From contig DBGFNI010000116.1 in assembly GCA_048527645.1 (NCBI GenBank), forward strand, positions 1 through 42,449: a DNA stretch of 42,449 bases, written 5' to 3'. Made by a program: the position numbers and the translations under genes. A model generated the notes under the pieces. It searched no databases. It saw only the letters and a program-made list of their open reading frames with translations, and was not told the origin of the DNA. How positions within the stretch are numbered: position 1 is the stretch's first letter; each line of letters opens with the position of its first letter. This document shows, one piece after another, positions 25,298 through 35,684 of the stretch. The DNA is from Eubacteriales bacterium (GTDB lineage Bacteria > Bacillota > Clostridia > Oscillospirales > CAG-272).

Positions 25298-27733
25298 TCA
25301 ACCCATTGTAACGCTCACCGCATAGGTTTTTCCCGTGCCGCTGCCGCGCAGGACATTGCCCGATACGGCTTCGCCGTCCACGGTCATATCGGCAACACCC
25401 TTGCAGACATGCGCCGGGTTTTTCACCGTGATGACATAGGTATCGCCGCGGAACTTTCTGGTCACCTCAAAGCCGTCCATTTCCGCCGGGATGCACGGGT
25501 CGACCTTCAGCCCGTCATATTCGGGCATGATGCCGAGAATGTAACGGGATACGTTATAAAACGTCCATGCCGCCGTTCCGGTCAGCCAGGAATTTTTTGC
25601 TTCGCCGAAATTGGGCGCGTCCCGCCCGGCAATCATCTGCGAATAGACATACGGCTCCGTGCGGTGAATTTCACTGATCTGCTCCAGATACGCGGGGCAG
25701 GTCTTGCGGTAAACCGCAAACGCCTCGTCGCCGCGTCCGATCATGGTTTCCGCAATGGAAATCCACGGGTTGTTATGACAGAAGATGCCGGCGTTTTCCT
25801 TATAGCCGGGCGGATAGGAGGAAATCTCTCCCAGTTCCTGATGATACCGGGTATATGCCGGCTGATTGAGCACAATCCCGTACTCGGTATCGAGATACCG
25901 GTGCACACTGTCCAGCGCCTGCTTTGCCTTGCCGTCGTCCAGACCGATGCCGCCGATCACACAGAAGCCCTGCGATTCGATGAAAATCTTGCCCTCCTCG
26001 CAAAATTTCGATCCGATCTTATTGCCGTATGCATCGTATGCGCGCAAAAACCACTCGCCGTCCCATCCGGCGCTGCACACCGCCTGCTTCATTTTTTCCG
26101 CCTCTTCGCGGGCATATGCCGCCTCCGCGTCAAGGCCGCTCTTTTCACAGAAATGAATGTAGTCGGGCGCAACCGCACAGAACATGCCCGCGATAAAGAC
26201 AGATTCCGCCACGCCGCTCTCAAAGTTTGCCGTGGTCTGGAAGGACTCACCGGGCGTTGCGGAGAAGCAGTTGAGATTCAAACAGTCGTTCCAGTCTGCT
26301 CTGCCGATCAGCGGCAGACCGTGCGGGCCGAGATTGTCCGGGACATGGTGAAAGCACTTTTTCAGATGGTCCATCATGCTGTCCGTGTGACTTGGGTCGC
26401 AGTCATACGCCACCTGCTCCTGCAAAATGCTGTAGTCGCCCGTCTCCTTGATATATGCCGCCACGCCGAAAATCAGCCAAAGCGGATCGTCATTGAAGCC
26501 GGAGCCGACATCCATATTTCCCTTTTTGGTCAGGGGCTGATACTGATGATATGCGGAGCCGTCCGCCATCAGCGTCGCCGCGATATCCAAAATCCGCTCT
26601 CTTGCACGCGCAGGGATCAGATGCACAAAGCCCAAAAGATCTTGCGAAGAATCGCGGAAGCCCATACCGCGTCCGATTCCGCTTTCAAAGTAAGAGGCGG
26701 AGCGCGACATGTTGAAGGTCACCATGCACTGATACTGATTCCAGGTGTTGACCATGCGGTTGAGTTTTTCATCTGCGGAGCGCACACTGTAGGTTGAGAG
26801 CAGATCGTTCCAGTATGCTTTCAGCTCGTCCAGCGCCGCATTGACCTGCTCGACCGTGCGGAATTTGGCAAGCATCGCCTCGGCAGGGGCTTTGTTGATG
26901 ACGTCCTGCGCCTCCCACTTCTGATCCTCGGGATTCTCGCAATAGCCCAGCACGAATATGTATTCCTTTTCCTCGCCGGGGGCAAGCGTCAGATTGATCT
27001 GGTGCGCACCAATAGGCGCCCAGCCGGACGCCACGGAATCCGTGCATTTCCCGCGGATCACGGCGTCGGGTGCGTCAAAGCCGTTGTACAAGCCGAGAAA
27101 GCTCTCACGGTCCGTATCAAAGCCGTCGACATCACAGTTCACACTGAAAACAGCATAGTGATTGCGCCGTTCGCGATATTCCGTTTTGTGATAAATCGTC
27201 GAGCCGATCACCTCGACCTCGCCGATGGAGAAGTTGCGCTGGAAGTTGGTCTGATCGTCCCAGGCGTTCCACAGGCAGAACTCCACAAAGGAAAACAGCT
27301 TTAACTCCTTTGTGTCCTGCGTTTCGTTTTTCAGGCGCAGACGGTGCACCTCGCACGGCGTTCCCACCGGCACAAAGGAGGTCTGCTCGGCGCGCACACC
27401 GCGCACCTTGGAGGCAATGACGGTATAGCCCAGACCGTGCCGGCAGGAATATGACTCATATTCCGCCTTGACCGGCATCCAACCCGGCGTGAAGATGCCC
27501 GCGCCGTCATTGATGTAAAAATATCTGCCGCCGCCGTCTGTGGGCACATTGTTGTAGCGGTAGCGGGTCAGACGCAGCATCCGCGCGTCCTTATAAAAGC
27601 AGTAGCCGCCGGAGGTGTTGGAGATCAGGGAGAAGAAGTCCTCCGAGCCGAGATAGTTGATCCAGGGATAGGGCGTGTCGGGGCGGGTGATGACATATTC
27701 CCGCGCCGCGTCGTCAAAATGGCCGAATTGCAT
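25298..27733 (-). CDS. cbp: cellobiose phosphorylase (GH94)
   Basis: 811 aa. Collinear with my recollection of Clostridium thermocellum Cbp along the whole length, for example '[17 protein letters not shown]', 'RYRYNNVP', 'NFQRNFS.GEVE', '[34 protein letters not shown]', '[15 protein letters not shown]', '[16 protein letters not shown]' and '[11 protein letters not shown]'. Confidence 0.92.
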   Translation of the reverse strand: MQFGHFDDAAREYVITRPDTPYPWINYLGSEDFFSLISNTSGGYCFYKDARMLRLTRYRYNNVPTDGGGRYFYINDGAGIFTPGWMPVKAEYESYSCRHGLGYTVIASKVRGVRAEQTSFVPVGTPCEVHRLRLKNETQDTKELKLFSFVEFCLWNAWDDQTNFQRNFSIGEVEVIGSTIYHKTEYRERRNHYAVFSVNCDVDGFDTDRESFLGLYNGFDAPDAVIRGKCTDSVASGWAPIGAHQINLTLAPGEEKEYIFVLGYCENPEDQKWEAQDVINKAPAEAMLAKFRTVEQVNAALDELKAYWNDLLSTYSVRSADEKLNRMVNTWNQYQCMVTFNMSRSASYFESGIGRGMGFRDSSQDLLGFVHLIPARARERILDIAATLMADGSAYHQYQPLTKKGNMDVGSGFNDDPLWLIFGVAAYIKETGDYSILQEQVAYDCDPSHTDSMMDHLKKCFHHVPDNLGPHGLPLIGRADWNDCLNLNCFSATPGESFQTTANFESGVAESVFIAGMFCAVAPDYIHFCEKSGLDAEAAYAREEAEKMKQAVCSAGWDGEWFLRAYDAYGNKIGSKFCEEGKIFIESQGFCVIGGIGLDDGKAKQALDSVHRYLDTEYGIVLNQPAYTRYHQELGEISSYPPGYKENAGIFCHNNPWISIAETMIGRGDEAFAVYRKTCPAYLEQISEIHRTEPYVYSQMIAGRDAPNFGEAKNSWLTGTAAWTFYNVSRYILGIMPEYDGLKVDPCIPAEMDGFEVTRKFRGDTYVITVKNPAHVCKGVADMTVDGEAVSGNVLRGSGTGKTYAVSVTMG

Positions 27734-27808
27734 GGTGAAAACCGTTCCTTTCCTTTTTCACGCAAGCCGCCGCGGCAAAAGCGCCGGCGCTTTTGTGTTG
27801 TCCCCTTC

Positions 27809-27837
27809 ATTATATCGGATAATACCGAAAAAGTCAA
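27809..27837 (-). promoter_or_regulatory. sigma-A-type promoter of cbp
   Basis: On the minus strand: TTGACT (27837-27832), 17-nt spacer, TATAAT (27814-27809). Confidence 0.65.
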
Positions 27838-27884
27838 AGGGTTTTGGCAGAAAACCGAAAATGCAGGAAAATTCAGAAAAATGC

Positions 27885-27913
27885 TTGACAAAGCGCAAAA
27901 TGTATGATACTAT
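27885..27913 (+). promoter_or_regulatory. sigma-A-type promoter of tRNA-Glu
   Basis: TTGACA (27885-27890), 17-nt spacer, TACTAT (27908-27913). It sits 28 nt upstream of the mature tRNA 5' end. Confidence 0.65.
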
Positions 27914-27940
27914 ATTGGAGCGTGAAACGCAAATCCATCC

Positions 27941-28015
27941 GGCCCGATGGTCAAGCGGTCAAGACACCGCCCTTTCACGGCGGTAACGGGGGTTCGATTC
28001 CCCCTCGGGTCACCA
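27941..28015 (+). tRNA. tRNA-Glu (anticodon UUC)
   Basis: The cloverleaf was folded by hand. Acceptor GGCCCGA/TCGGGTC. Anticodon stem CCGCC/GGCGG with loop CTTTCAC. T arm GGGGG-TTCGATT-CCCCC. Encoded CCA. Near-identical in layout to Bacillus tRNA-Glu. Confidence 0.97.
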
Positions 28016-28020
28016 AAATG

Positions 28021-28056
28021 AATCCGAACGTCGGCAAGGTGTTCGGATTTTTTGTT
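28021..28056 (+). terminator. intrinsic terminator after tRNA-Glu
   Basis: Stem aatccgaac / gttcggatt (28021-28029 with 28041-28049), then TTTTTGTTTT. Confidence 0.8.
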
Positions 28057-28119
28057 TTCAAACCCGTGCCGATGCTTTCCACCCCGCAACCAAACGTATG
28101 ATGCAGAACGGAGACCTCT

Positions 28120-28917
28120 ATGGAAGCGCAGATCCAACCGACTGAGAAAACGGCAGAAGTGCCCAAGGCGCGCCGCTATCGGCGTGCAACCCTTTTGGAT
28201 ACCTGCCGGGGCATCGCAGTTGTCAACATGATCTTTTATCACCTGCTGTATGATTATCAGGTGTTGTTCGGCAACAACCGCGCCTGGGACGAGCAGACCC
28301 GGGTGCGCCTGTGGCAGCAGCTGATCTGCTGCTCCTTTGTTCTGCTTTCCGGCTGGGTGTGGCGGCTGGGCAAGCGCAACAACCTGCGCCGCGGCGTGAT
28401 GCTGAATCTGCTCGGTTTCATCATCACCCTTATCACGCTGCTCCTTTTTCCGCAGGCGCCGATATGGTTCGGCATTTTGAACTTCATCGGCTGCGCGGTG
28501 CTGCTGATGATCCCGCTGGAAAAGCCGCTGCGGCGCATCCCGCGCCTTGTCGGCGCCGCGGTCAGTCTGCTGCTGTTCATCCTGACATATTCCCTGCCAA
28601 ACGGCGCTGTCGGTCTGCCCATGCTGCTCACGATCCGTCTGCCCCGTGCGCTGTACCGTTTTCCTGCGCTTGCTTTTCTGGGCTTTGCGCCGCAGAATTT
28701 CTTTTCCGCAGATTATTTCCCGCTCCTGCCGTGGTTTTTCCTCTATCTGTTCGGCTATTTTTTGGGCGGATTCTGTATGGCGCTGCCCGGCTTTGAGCAG
28801 ATCGCCCGCTGCAGGCTGCCGCCGTTTGACGCCGTCGGACGCTACAGTCTGTGGATTTATCTAGCGCACCAGCCGCTGTGCATGGCAATCTGCTGGATGC
28901 TGGTCAATCTCCCCTGA
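28120..28917 (+). CDS. DUF1624 / heparan-alpha-glucosaminide N-acetyltransferase-like membrane protein
   Basis: 'LLDTCRGIAVVNMIFYHLLYD' N-terminal signature of the DUF1624 (HGSNAT catalytic) family, followed by multiple TM helices. Confidence 0.7.
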   Translation: MEAQIQPTEKTAEVPKARRYRRATLLDTCRGIAVVNMIFYHLLYDYQVLFGNNRAWDEQTRVRLWQQLICCSFVLLSGWVWRLGKRNNLRRGVMLNLLGFIITLITLLLFPQAPIWFGILNFIGCAVLLMIPLEKPLRRIPRLVGAAVSLLLFILTYSLPNGAVGLPMLLTIRLPRALYRFPALAFLGFAPQNFFSADYFPLLPWFFLYLFGYFLGGFCMALPGFEQIARCRLPPFDAVGRYSLWIYLAHQPLCMAICWMLVNLP

Positions 28918-28922
28918 AATCC

Positions 28923-28951
28923 TTGACATGCCCCTATGCGGGTGTTATAAT
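28923..28951 (+). promoter_or_regulatory. sigma-A consensus promoter of aspS
   Basis: TTGACA (28923-28928), 17-nt spacer, TATAAT (28946-28951). Confidence 0.7.
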
Positions 28952-29016
28952 TTAATGAAACGATCATATCCCCGTCGCACACCGTGCGCAAGGGAAAGAA
29001 AGGACGCGTCATCAAC

Positions 29017-30804
<1,788 letters not shown>

Positions 30805-31797
30805 ATGCGCACGCTGACCATCACGGAAAACGACGCCGGACAGCGTCTGGATAAGTTTTTACAAAAGGCGCTGCCGCTTTTGCCGGTACCGCTGATGTAC
30901 AAATGCATCCGTCTGAAAAAAATCAAGGTGAACCGCAAGCGCGCCGAGCAAAAATATCATTTGCAGGTCGGTGATACCGTACAGCTGTTCCTCGCCGAGG
31001 AGTTCTTCGAGCAGGTGGATGCCGATAACGCGTTTCTGCGCATCACACCGCATCTGCAAATCGTGTATGAGGATGACGCCGTGCTCATCGTCAACAAGCC
31101 GGAAGGGCTGATCGTGCACGCCGACCGAACGGAAGAGGTCAACACGCTGATCAATCATATCAAAGCGTATCTGGTGCAAACCGGCGCATATCGCCCGCAG
31201 GACGAGCAGTCCTTTGCGCCCGCGCTGTGTCACCGGATCGACCGCAACACCTGCGGGCTGGTGATCGCGGCGAAAACTGCCGCCGCGCTGCGCGCGGTCA
31301 ATGAGATGATCCGCCGAAACCAAATTCACAAGACGTATCTGTGTCTGACGCACGGCACTTACAGCGAGAACGAAAAGCAGCGCGTCTTGCAGGGATACCT
31401 TTGCAAGGACAGCGCGCAGAATCTGGTCACAATCCGCCAAACGCCGCCGCAGACCCCTGCGGAGCGCGAGGTGTGGAAAAAAATCGTCACCTCCTATCGG
31501 GTGCTGCAAAGCCGGGGCGACATTGCTCTTGTTGAAATCGAGCTGCTGACCGGGCGCACGCATCAGATTCGCGCCCACATGGCGTTTGCCGGGCATCCTC
31601 TGGTGGGTGACGGCAAATACGGCGTCAACCGGCAGGACCGTACCTGCGGATATGTGCACCAAGCGCTGTGCGCATACCGCCTCACATTCGACCCCGTCGC
31701 GCCGGATTCGCCGCTGGCGGCGCTGAGCGGCAAAACCGTCGCTCTCTCCCCCGACGACATTTGGTTCGTCCGCACATTTCACGGGCATCAGCCGTAA
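30805..31797 (+). CDS. RluA-family 23S rRNA/tRNA pseudouridine synthase with S4 domain
   Basis: S4-like 'GQRLDKFLQKAL'. Catalytic 'HRIDRNTCGLVIAAKT'. 'GRTHQIRAHMA'. The start abuts the aspS stop. Confidence 0.9.
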   Translation: MRTLTITENDAGQRLDKFLQKALPLLPVPLMYKCIRLKKIKVNRKRAEQKYHLQVGDTVQLFLAEEFFEQVDADNAFLRITPHLQIVYEDDAVLIVNKPEGLIVHADRTEEVNTLINHIKAYLVQTGAYRPQDEQSFAPALCHRIDRNTCGLVIAAKTAAALRAVNEMIRRNQIHKTYLCLTHGTYSENEKQRVLQGYLCKDSAQNLVTIRQTPPQTPAEREVWKKIVTSYRVLQSRGDIALVEIELLTGRTHQIRAHMAFAGHPLVGDGKYGVNRQDRTCGYVHQALCAYRLTFDPVAPDSPLAALSGKTVALSPDDIWFVRTFHGHQP

Positions 31798-31841
31798 AGC
31801 GCGAACGCAAACTGCGCGTGGCCGGCATTTCCCAACAACCG

Positions 31842-31872
31842 AAAACGACCGGGCGACCCGGTCGTTTTTTCT
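31842..31872 (+). terminator. intrinsic terminator of the aspS-rluA-like operon
   Basis: Stem aaaacgaccggg / cccggtcgtttt with loop cga, followed by TTTTTTCT. Confidence 0.9.
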
Positions 31873-31906
31873 ATCCGGGACAGCGCAAACGCGCCGTACG
31901 GCGTGA

Positions 31907-31927
31907 TTTGACAGTTTTATGACACTT
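31907..31927 (+). promoter_or_regulatory. direct-repeat box TTTGACAgTTTTATGACACTT upstream of the two-component operon
   Basis: Two (T/A)TGACA half-sites sit 11 nt apart (GACA at 31910 and 31921). The second half-site lies 50 nt upstream of a TACAAT -10 (31968-31973), which has only a weak -35. The box is 20/21 identical to the one at 34055-34075. Confidence 0.55.
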
Positions 31928-32094
31928 TTTATGCATTTTTTCGGTGAAAAGACAGTGTGCGTTCCGTTACAATATAAGCAGGAACCTCTCACACCCCCGA
32001 TCGGGCGGCGCGGGCAGCCGGTGTTCCGGCGCTGTCGCGTCACCGGCCGTCCGGACAGTTTATGCCGCCGCAAAGCTGCGGAAAGGAGACAAGC

Positions 32095-32802
32095 ATGCCT
32101 TATTCCATTTATATCGCCGATGACGAAAAAAACATCCGGGATCTGATCAAAAGCTTTTTGGAAAGCGACGGTTACCGCGTCTCGGAATTTGCAACCGGGG
32201 ACGAGCTGCTGGCGGCGTTCCGAGAGGAGCCGGCAGATCTTGTGATTCTGGACATCATGATGCCGGGCACCGACGGACTGAGCATTTGCCAGACGCTGCG
32301 CAAGGAAACGGATGTGCCGATCATCATGCTGACGGCACGGGATTCGGAATTTGACTATGTGCAGGGGATCACGCTGGGAAGCGACGATTATCTGACCAAG
32401 CCGTTCCGTCCCACGGTTTTGCTGATGCGTGTGCGCGCGCTGCTCAGAAGAAGCGAAATGGGCAGCAAAAAATCCGCTGATCCGAGCGGTGCAGATTGCC
32501 GGGTCGGCAACCTGATCTATTCCGCCGAGGCAAACGCCATTCTGTGCGGCAGCAGCGAGATCCCCTTCACCAAAATTGAGTTGAAGCTGCTCTCCTATAT
32601 GATGCAAAAGCCGGAAAAGGCCTATTCCCGTGAGGAACTGCTGGAAAAAATCTGGGGATTTGAAACGGAAGTGGAGACACGCGTCACCGACGAGACGCTG
32701 CGCCGCATCCGCAGAAAGCTCTCCCTTGCGAAAAGCAGCGTCAGCATTCAGACCGTTTGGGGATTCGGCTATCGGCTGCAAATCGCGGAGGATGCAAAAT
32801 GA
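32095..32802 (+). CDS. OmpR/PhoB-family response regulator
   Basis: Receiver 'IYIADDEKNIRDL...DLVILDIMMPGTDG...LTARD...DDYLTKPF'. Winged-helix 'LLEKIWGFE...RVTDETLRRIRRKL...IQTVWGFGYRL'. SD AAGGAGA before ATG 32095. Confidence 0.92.
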   Translation: MPYSIYIADDEKNIRDLIKSFLESDGYRVSEFATGDELLAAFREEPADLVILDIMMPGTDGLSICQTLRKETDVPIIMLTARDSEFDYVQGITLGSDDYLTKPFRPTVLLMRVRALLRRSEMGSKKSADPSGADCRVGNLIYSAEANAILCGSSEIPFTKIELKLLSYMMQKPEKAYSREELLEKIWGFETEVETRVTDETLRRIRRKLSLAKSSVSIQTVWGFGYRLQIAEDAK

Positions 32803-34034
32803 AACATATCAAAGGCAAAATCATCACCGTCATTTTGCTGTCCATCCTGCTCGTTTTTCTGACCTCCGTCGCGCTGGTCAACATCATGCTCCCGCACCGC
32901 TTTGAAAACGAAGCGAAACGCACGCTGGAATATGAAATTGACTATATCAACCGCTTCCCTTCCACCGCTGATCTGGAAAAGGACTTTGACGTTCTCGAAC
33001 AATATCTTGACAGCTATGAGGGCGGTTATTTCAGCGGCGACATTTCTTTCATCGACCTATCCGACAATTCCGGCTACAGCACAGGCTTTAACTCCAATGC
33101 CAATTTTGCGGAAATCGAGCTGCGCGACTACTGTGCCACGCATACCGTGAAAAACGAGACGTGTTACCGCTTGCGCACCAAACGCGGCTATTACATTTTT
33201 CTCCGATACGAGGAACAGCCCTTTGACGGTACAGAGACGACCGCGCCGATGCTCATGTATATCAATTTGCAGCCGATCATACAATACTTTCATTATCTCA
33301 ACCGGTTTTTCATCTTCGTGTTTCTCGGCATCGCCGTGGTCATGGGCGCCATCGGCTACCGTCTGGGCAAGATGATCGAGGACGCGCAGCAGACGCAAAG
33401 CCGCTTTTTTCAAAATTCGTCCCACGAGCTGAAAACGCCGCTGATGGCAATTCAGGGATACGCAGAGGGCATCCAGACCGGCGTCATCGACAGCCGCGTC
33501 GGCGCCGAGGTGATTTTGCAGGAAAGCGACCGCATGACGCGGCTGGTGGAGGAGCTGCTCTTTGTCTCCAAAATCGACTCGCACCGTCTGACGCTCAACT
33601 GCACGGGATGGGATGTGCGGGACATTCTGTATGACTGTCTGGAGTCCGTAACGCTGCTTCAGCAAAAGGAGAATATCCAGCTCATTCCCGACTTCACGGA
33701 GAGCAGCGTTGTGATCAGCTGCGACGAGGAGCAGCTGAGAAGAGCGTTTTTGAACATCCTGGTCAACGGTCTGCGGCACTGCAAAACCACGCTCACCGTT
33801 TCCTGCCAAGCAGAGAAAAATGACGTGGTCATTCGATTTGCAGACGACGGGGACGGCATTGCAGAGAAGGATCTGCCGCATATTTTCGACCGGTTCTATT
33901 CCGGGAGAAACGGGATCACCGGCATCGGTCTTGCACTCGCTTCGGAAATCGTGCATCTGCACCGGGGAACCATCACCGCACGCAACAGCGAAACCGGCGC
34001 CGTGTTTGAAATCCGCCTGCCGTTGGCAAAATGA
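32799..34034 (+). CDS. sensor histidine kinase (two TM, ~150-aa extracytoplasmic loop)
   Basis: H-box 'FFQNSSHELKTPLMAIQGYAEG'. N-box 'LNILVNGLRH'. G-boxes 'DDGDGIAEKDLPHIFDRFY' and 'GIGLALASEIV'. ATGA overlap with the regulator stop. SD GGAGGA. Confidence 0.9.
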   Translation: MKHIKGKIITVILLSILLVFLTSVALVNIMLPHRFENEAKRTLEYEIDYINRFPSTADLEKDFDVLEQYLDSYEGGYFSGDISFIDLSDNSGYSTGFNSNANFAEIELRDYCATHTVKNETCYRLRTKRGYYIFLRYEEQPFDGTETTAPMLMYINLQPIIQYFHYLNRFFIFVFLGIAVVMGAIGYRLGKMIEDAQQTQSRFFQNSSHELKTPLMAIQGYAEGIQTGVIDSRVGAEVILQESDRMTRLVEELLFVSKIDSHRLTLNCTGWDVRDILYDCLESVTLLQQKENIQLIPDFTESSVVISCDEEQLRRAFLNILVNGLRHCKTTLTVSCQAEKNDVVIRFADDGDGIAEKDLPHIFDRFYSGRNGITGIGLALASEIVHLHRGTITARNSETGAVFEIRLPLAK

Positions 34035-34054
34035 CACGGCGGCTCCCGATACAA

Positions 34055-34075
34055 TTTGACACTTTTATGACACTT
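34055..34075 (+). promoter_or_regulatory. direct-repeat box TTTGACAcTTTTATGACACTT upstream of the dlt-like operon
   Basis: Same box as 31907-31927, with one mismatch. The second half-site lies 49 nt upstream of TATAAT (34115-34120). An extra AATGACAC half-site sits at 34030-34037. Confidence 0.55.
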
Positions 34076-34087
34076 CTAACGCAGATT

Positions 34088-34115
34088 AACGGAGAAACCT
34101 TAAGGTTTCTCCGTT
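34088..34115. promoter_or_regulatory. perfect 28-nt palindrome AACGGAGAAACCTT|AAGGTTTCTCCGTT
   Basis: Both arms read as exact reverse complements. It occupies the -35 region and touches the first base of the TATAAT at 34115. It could be an operator, or a hairpin ending the kinase transcript. Confidence 0.5.
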
Positions 34116-34160
34116 ATAATATTATCAGAGATCGGTTGTTTTCGGGAAAGGGAGAATCAC

Positions 34161-35684
34161 ATGACCAAAAACGTATTATGCTATCTGGAAGCGTCCGCGG
34201 CAGCATTCCCGCAGAAGACCGCCGCGGCGGACGGCGCGGCAAGTCTTACCTTCTCCGACTTGCAGGAGCGCTGCGCCCGAATCGGCAGCGCCCTTGCCCG
34301 GGCCGGCGTCTGCCCCCGCGACGCGGTTGCAGTCTTCGCAGAGAAGAACACCGACGCCCTGTGCGCGATGCTGGGCGCCGTATATGCCGGCGGGTTCTAC
34401 TCGGTTTTCAGCACAGAACTGCCGCAACCCCGCCTGGAACAGATCGCGCAGGTTCTTTGCCCGAAGGTCATTGTCACCACCTGCGAGCTGCTGCAAACAG
34501 CGCAGCAGTATTTCCCGCACGCGGTGCTGTGCACCGTGGAGGCGCTTGCGCAGCAGGCGCCCGATCGCGCCCGGCTCGCTGCCATCCGCGGGCAGATGAT
34601 TGACACCGATCCGCTGTATGTCAACTTCACCTCCGGCTCCACAGGTACGCCGAAGGGGATTGTCGTCTCACACCGCAGTGTCATTGATTTTATCGGCTGC
34701 TTTACGGAGATTTTCGGGTTTTCCGCGCAGGATGTCATTGCCAATCAGGCGCCGTTTGATTTTGACGTATCGGTCAAGGACATCTATTCTGCAATGAAGA
34801 CCGGCGCCACGCTGCTGATTGTCCCGCGCCCGCTTTTCTCCGCGCCGGCTCAGCTGGTGGACTTTCTGTGCGCGCAGGGCGCGACCGCGATGATCTGGGC
34901 GGTCTCGGCGCTGTCGCTGCTTAGCACCTTTCACGCGCTGGATTACAAAACGCCGCAGAGCGTAAACAAAATCCTGTTCAGCGGCGAGGTCATGCCGTAC
35001 AAAGTGCTGCGGGATCTGCAGGCGCACCTGCCAAACGCGCTGTATGCAAATCTTTACGGTCCGACCGAAATCACCTGCAACTGTACCTATCATATTCTGC
35101 AAAAAGAGCGGGACTATTCCGCCGGCATCCCGATCGGCATCGCCTTTCCCAATGAGGATGTTTTTTTGCTCGATGCGGACAACCGTGCGCTGCGCGGTGC
35201 CGGCGAGACGGGAGAAATCTGCGTGCGCGGTTCGGCGCTGGCACTCGGCTATTACGCCGCCCCGGAGCAAACCGCTCGGCATTTTGTGCAAAATCCTCTG
35301 AACACGGCATACGCGGAGACCGTATATCGCACCGGGGATCTGGGCGCCTACAATGAAAACGGCGAGCTGATTTTCCGCGGGCGCAAGGATTTTCAAATCA
35401 AATATATGGGGCACAGGATCGAACTGGAGGAAATTGAGCGAGCTATGGCAGGCATCGCGGGCGTCGCAAGCTGCTGCTGCACGTTCGATGAAAAAAAGGA
35501 ACGGTTGTACGGCTTTTATGTCGGCAGCATCGACAAACAAACGCTGCACACGGTGATGAAGCAAAGCCTGCCCGCCTTTATGGTTCCCGGCTTTTTGCGC
35601 CGGGTGGAAGCGATGCCGCTGACCAAAAACGGAAAAATCGACCGAAAAATGCTATCGGAAAGCGCGGTGAAAAAGACATCTTGA
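34161..35684 (+). CDS. DltA-like amino-acid adenylation enzyme (carrier-protein ligase)
   Basis: 507 aa. AMP-binding core 'LYVNFTSGSTGTPKGIVVSH'. A4-type 'APFDFDVSVKDIY'. 'LYGPTE'. 'YRTGDLG'. 'GRKDFQIKYMGHRIELEEIE'. 'LPAFMVP...LTKNGKIDRK'. Confidence 0.85.
   Translation: MTKNVLCYLEASAAAFPQKTAAADGAASLTFSDLQERCARIGSALARAGVCPRDAVAVFAEKNTDALCAMLGAVYAGGFYSVFSTELPQPRLEQIAQVLCPKVIVTTCELLQTAQQYFPHAVLCTVEALAQQAPDRARLAAIRGQMIDTDPLYVNFTSGSTGTPKGIVVSHRSVIDFIGCFTEIFGFSAQDVIANQAPFDFDVSVKDIYSAMKTGATLLIVPRPLFSAPAQLVDFLCAQGATAMIWAVSALSLLSTFHALDYKTPQSVNKILFSGEVMPYKVLRDLQAHLPNALYANLYGPTEITCNCTYHILQKERDYSAGIPIGIAFPNEDVFLLDADNRALRGAGETGEICVRGSALALGYYAAPEQTARHFVQNPLNTAYAETVYRTGDLGAYNENGELIFRGRKDFQIKYMGHRIELEEIERAMAGIAGVASCCCTFDEKKERLYGFYVGSIDKQTLHTVMKQSLPAFMVPGFLRRVEAMPLTKNGKIDRKMLSESAVKKTS

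Noticed and set aside
25265-26797. 510-aa ORF on the plus strand
   Set aside because: It is antisense to the cellobiose phosphorylase gene, which matches its family over the full length. No domain signature.
27777-27794. Palindrome AAAAGCGCCGGCGCTTTT in the cbp leader, considered as an attenuator, RAT-type antiterminator target or cre site
   Set aside because: The stem is short and the U residues lie inside it. I found no overlapping RAT-like sequence and no good match to the cre consensus (TGWAANCGNTNWCA) nearby. The evidence is insufficient for a regulatory call.
28918-29016. Possible T-box leader upstream of aspS
   Set aside because: Only about 65 nt lie between the consensus promoter and the start codon. 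That is far too short for a T-box (about 200 nt or more), and no specifier-loop, T-box or terminator-antiterminator elements are visible.
31908-31913. TTGACA inside the direct-repeat boxes (also 34056-34061), considered as plain -35 hexamers
   Set aside because: No -10-like hexamer lies 16-19 nt downstream of either copy (atgcat and acgcag at the expected positions). The good -10 elements are about 55 nt away, so an activator-site reading fits better. This remains an alternative until transcription starts are mapped.
30859-32781. 640-aa ORF on the minus strand
   Set aside because: It is antisense to the RluA-family gene, crosses a strong plus-strand terminator and promoter region, and continues antisense to the response regulator. 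Low-complexity Arg/Gln/Ala composition. Shadow ORF.
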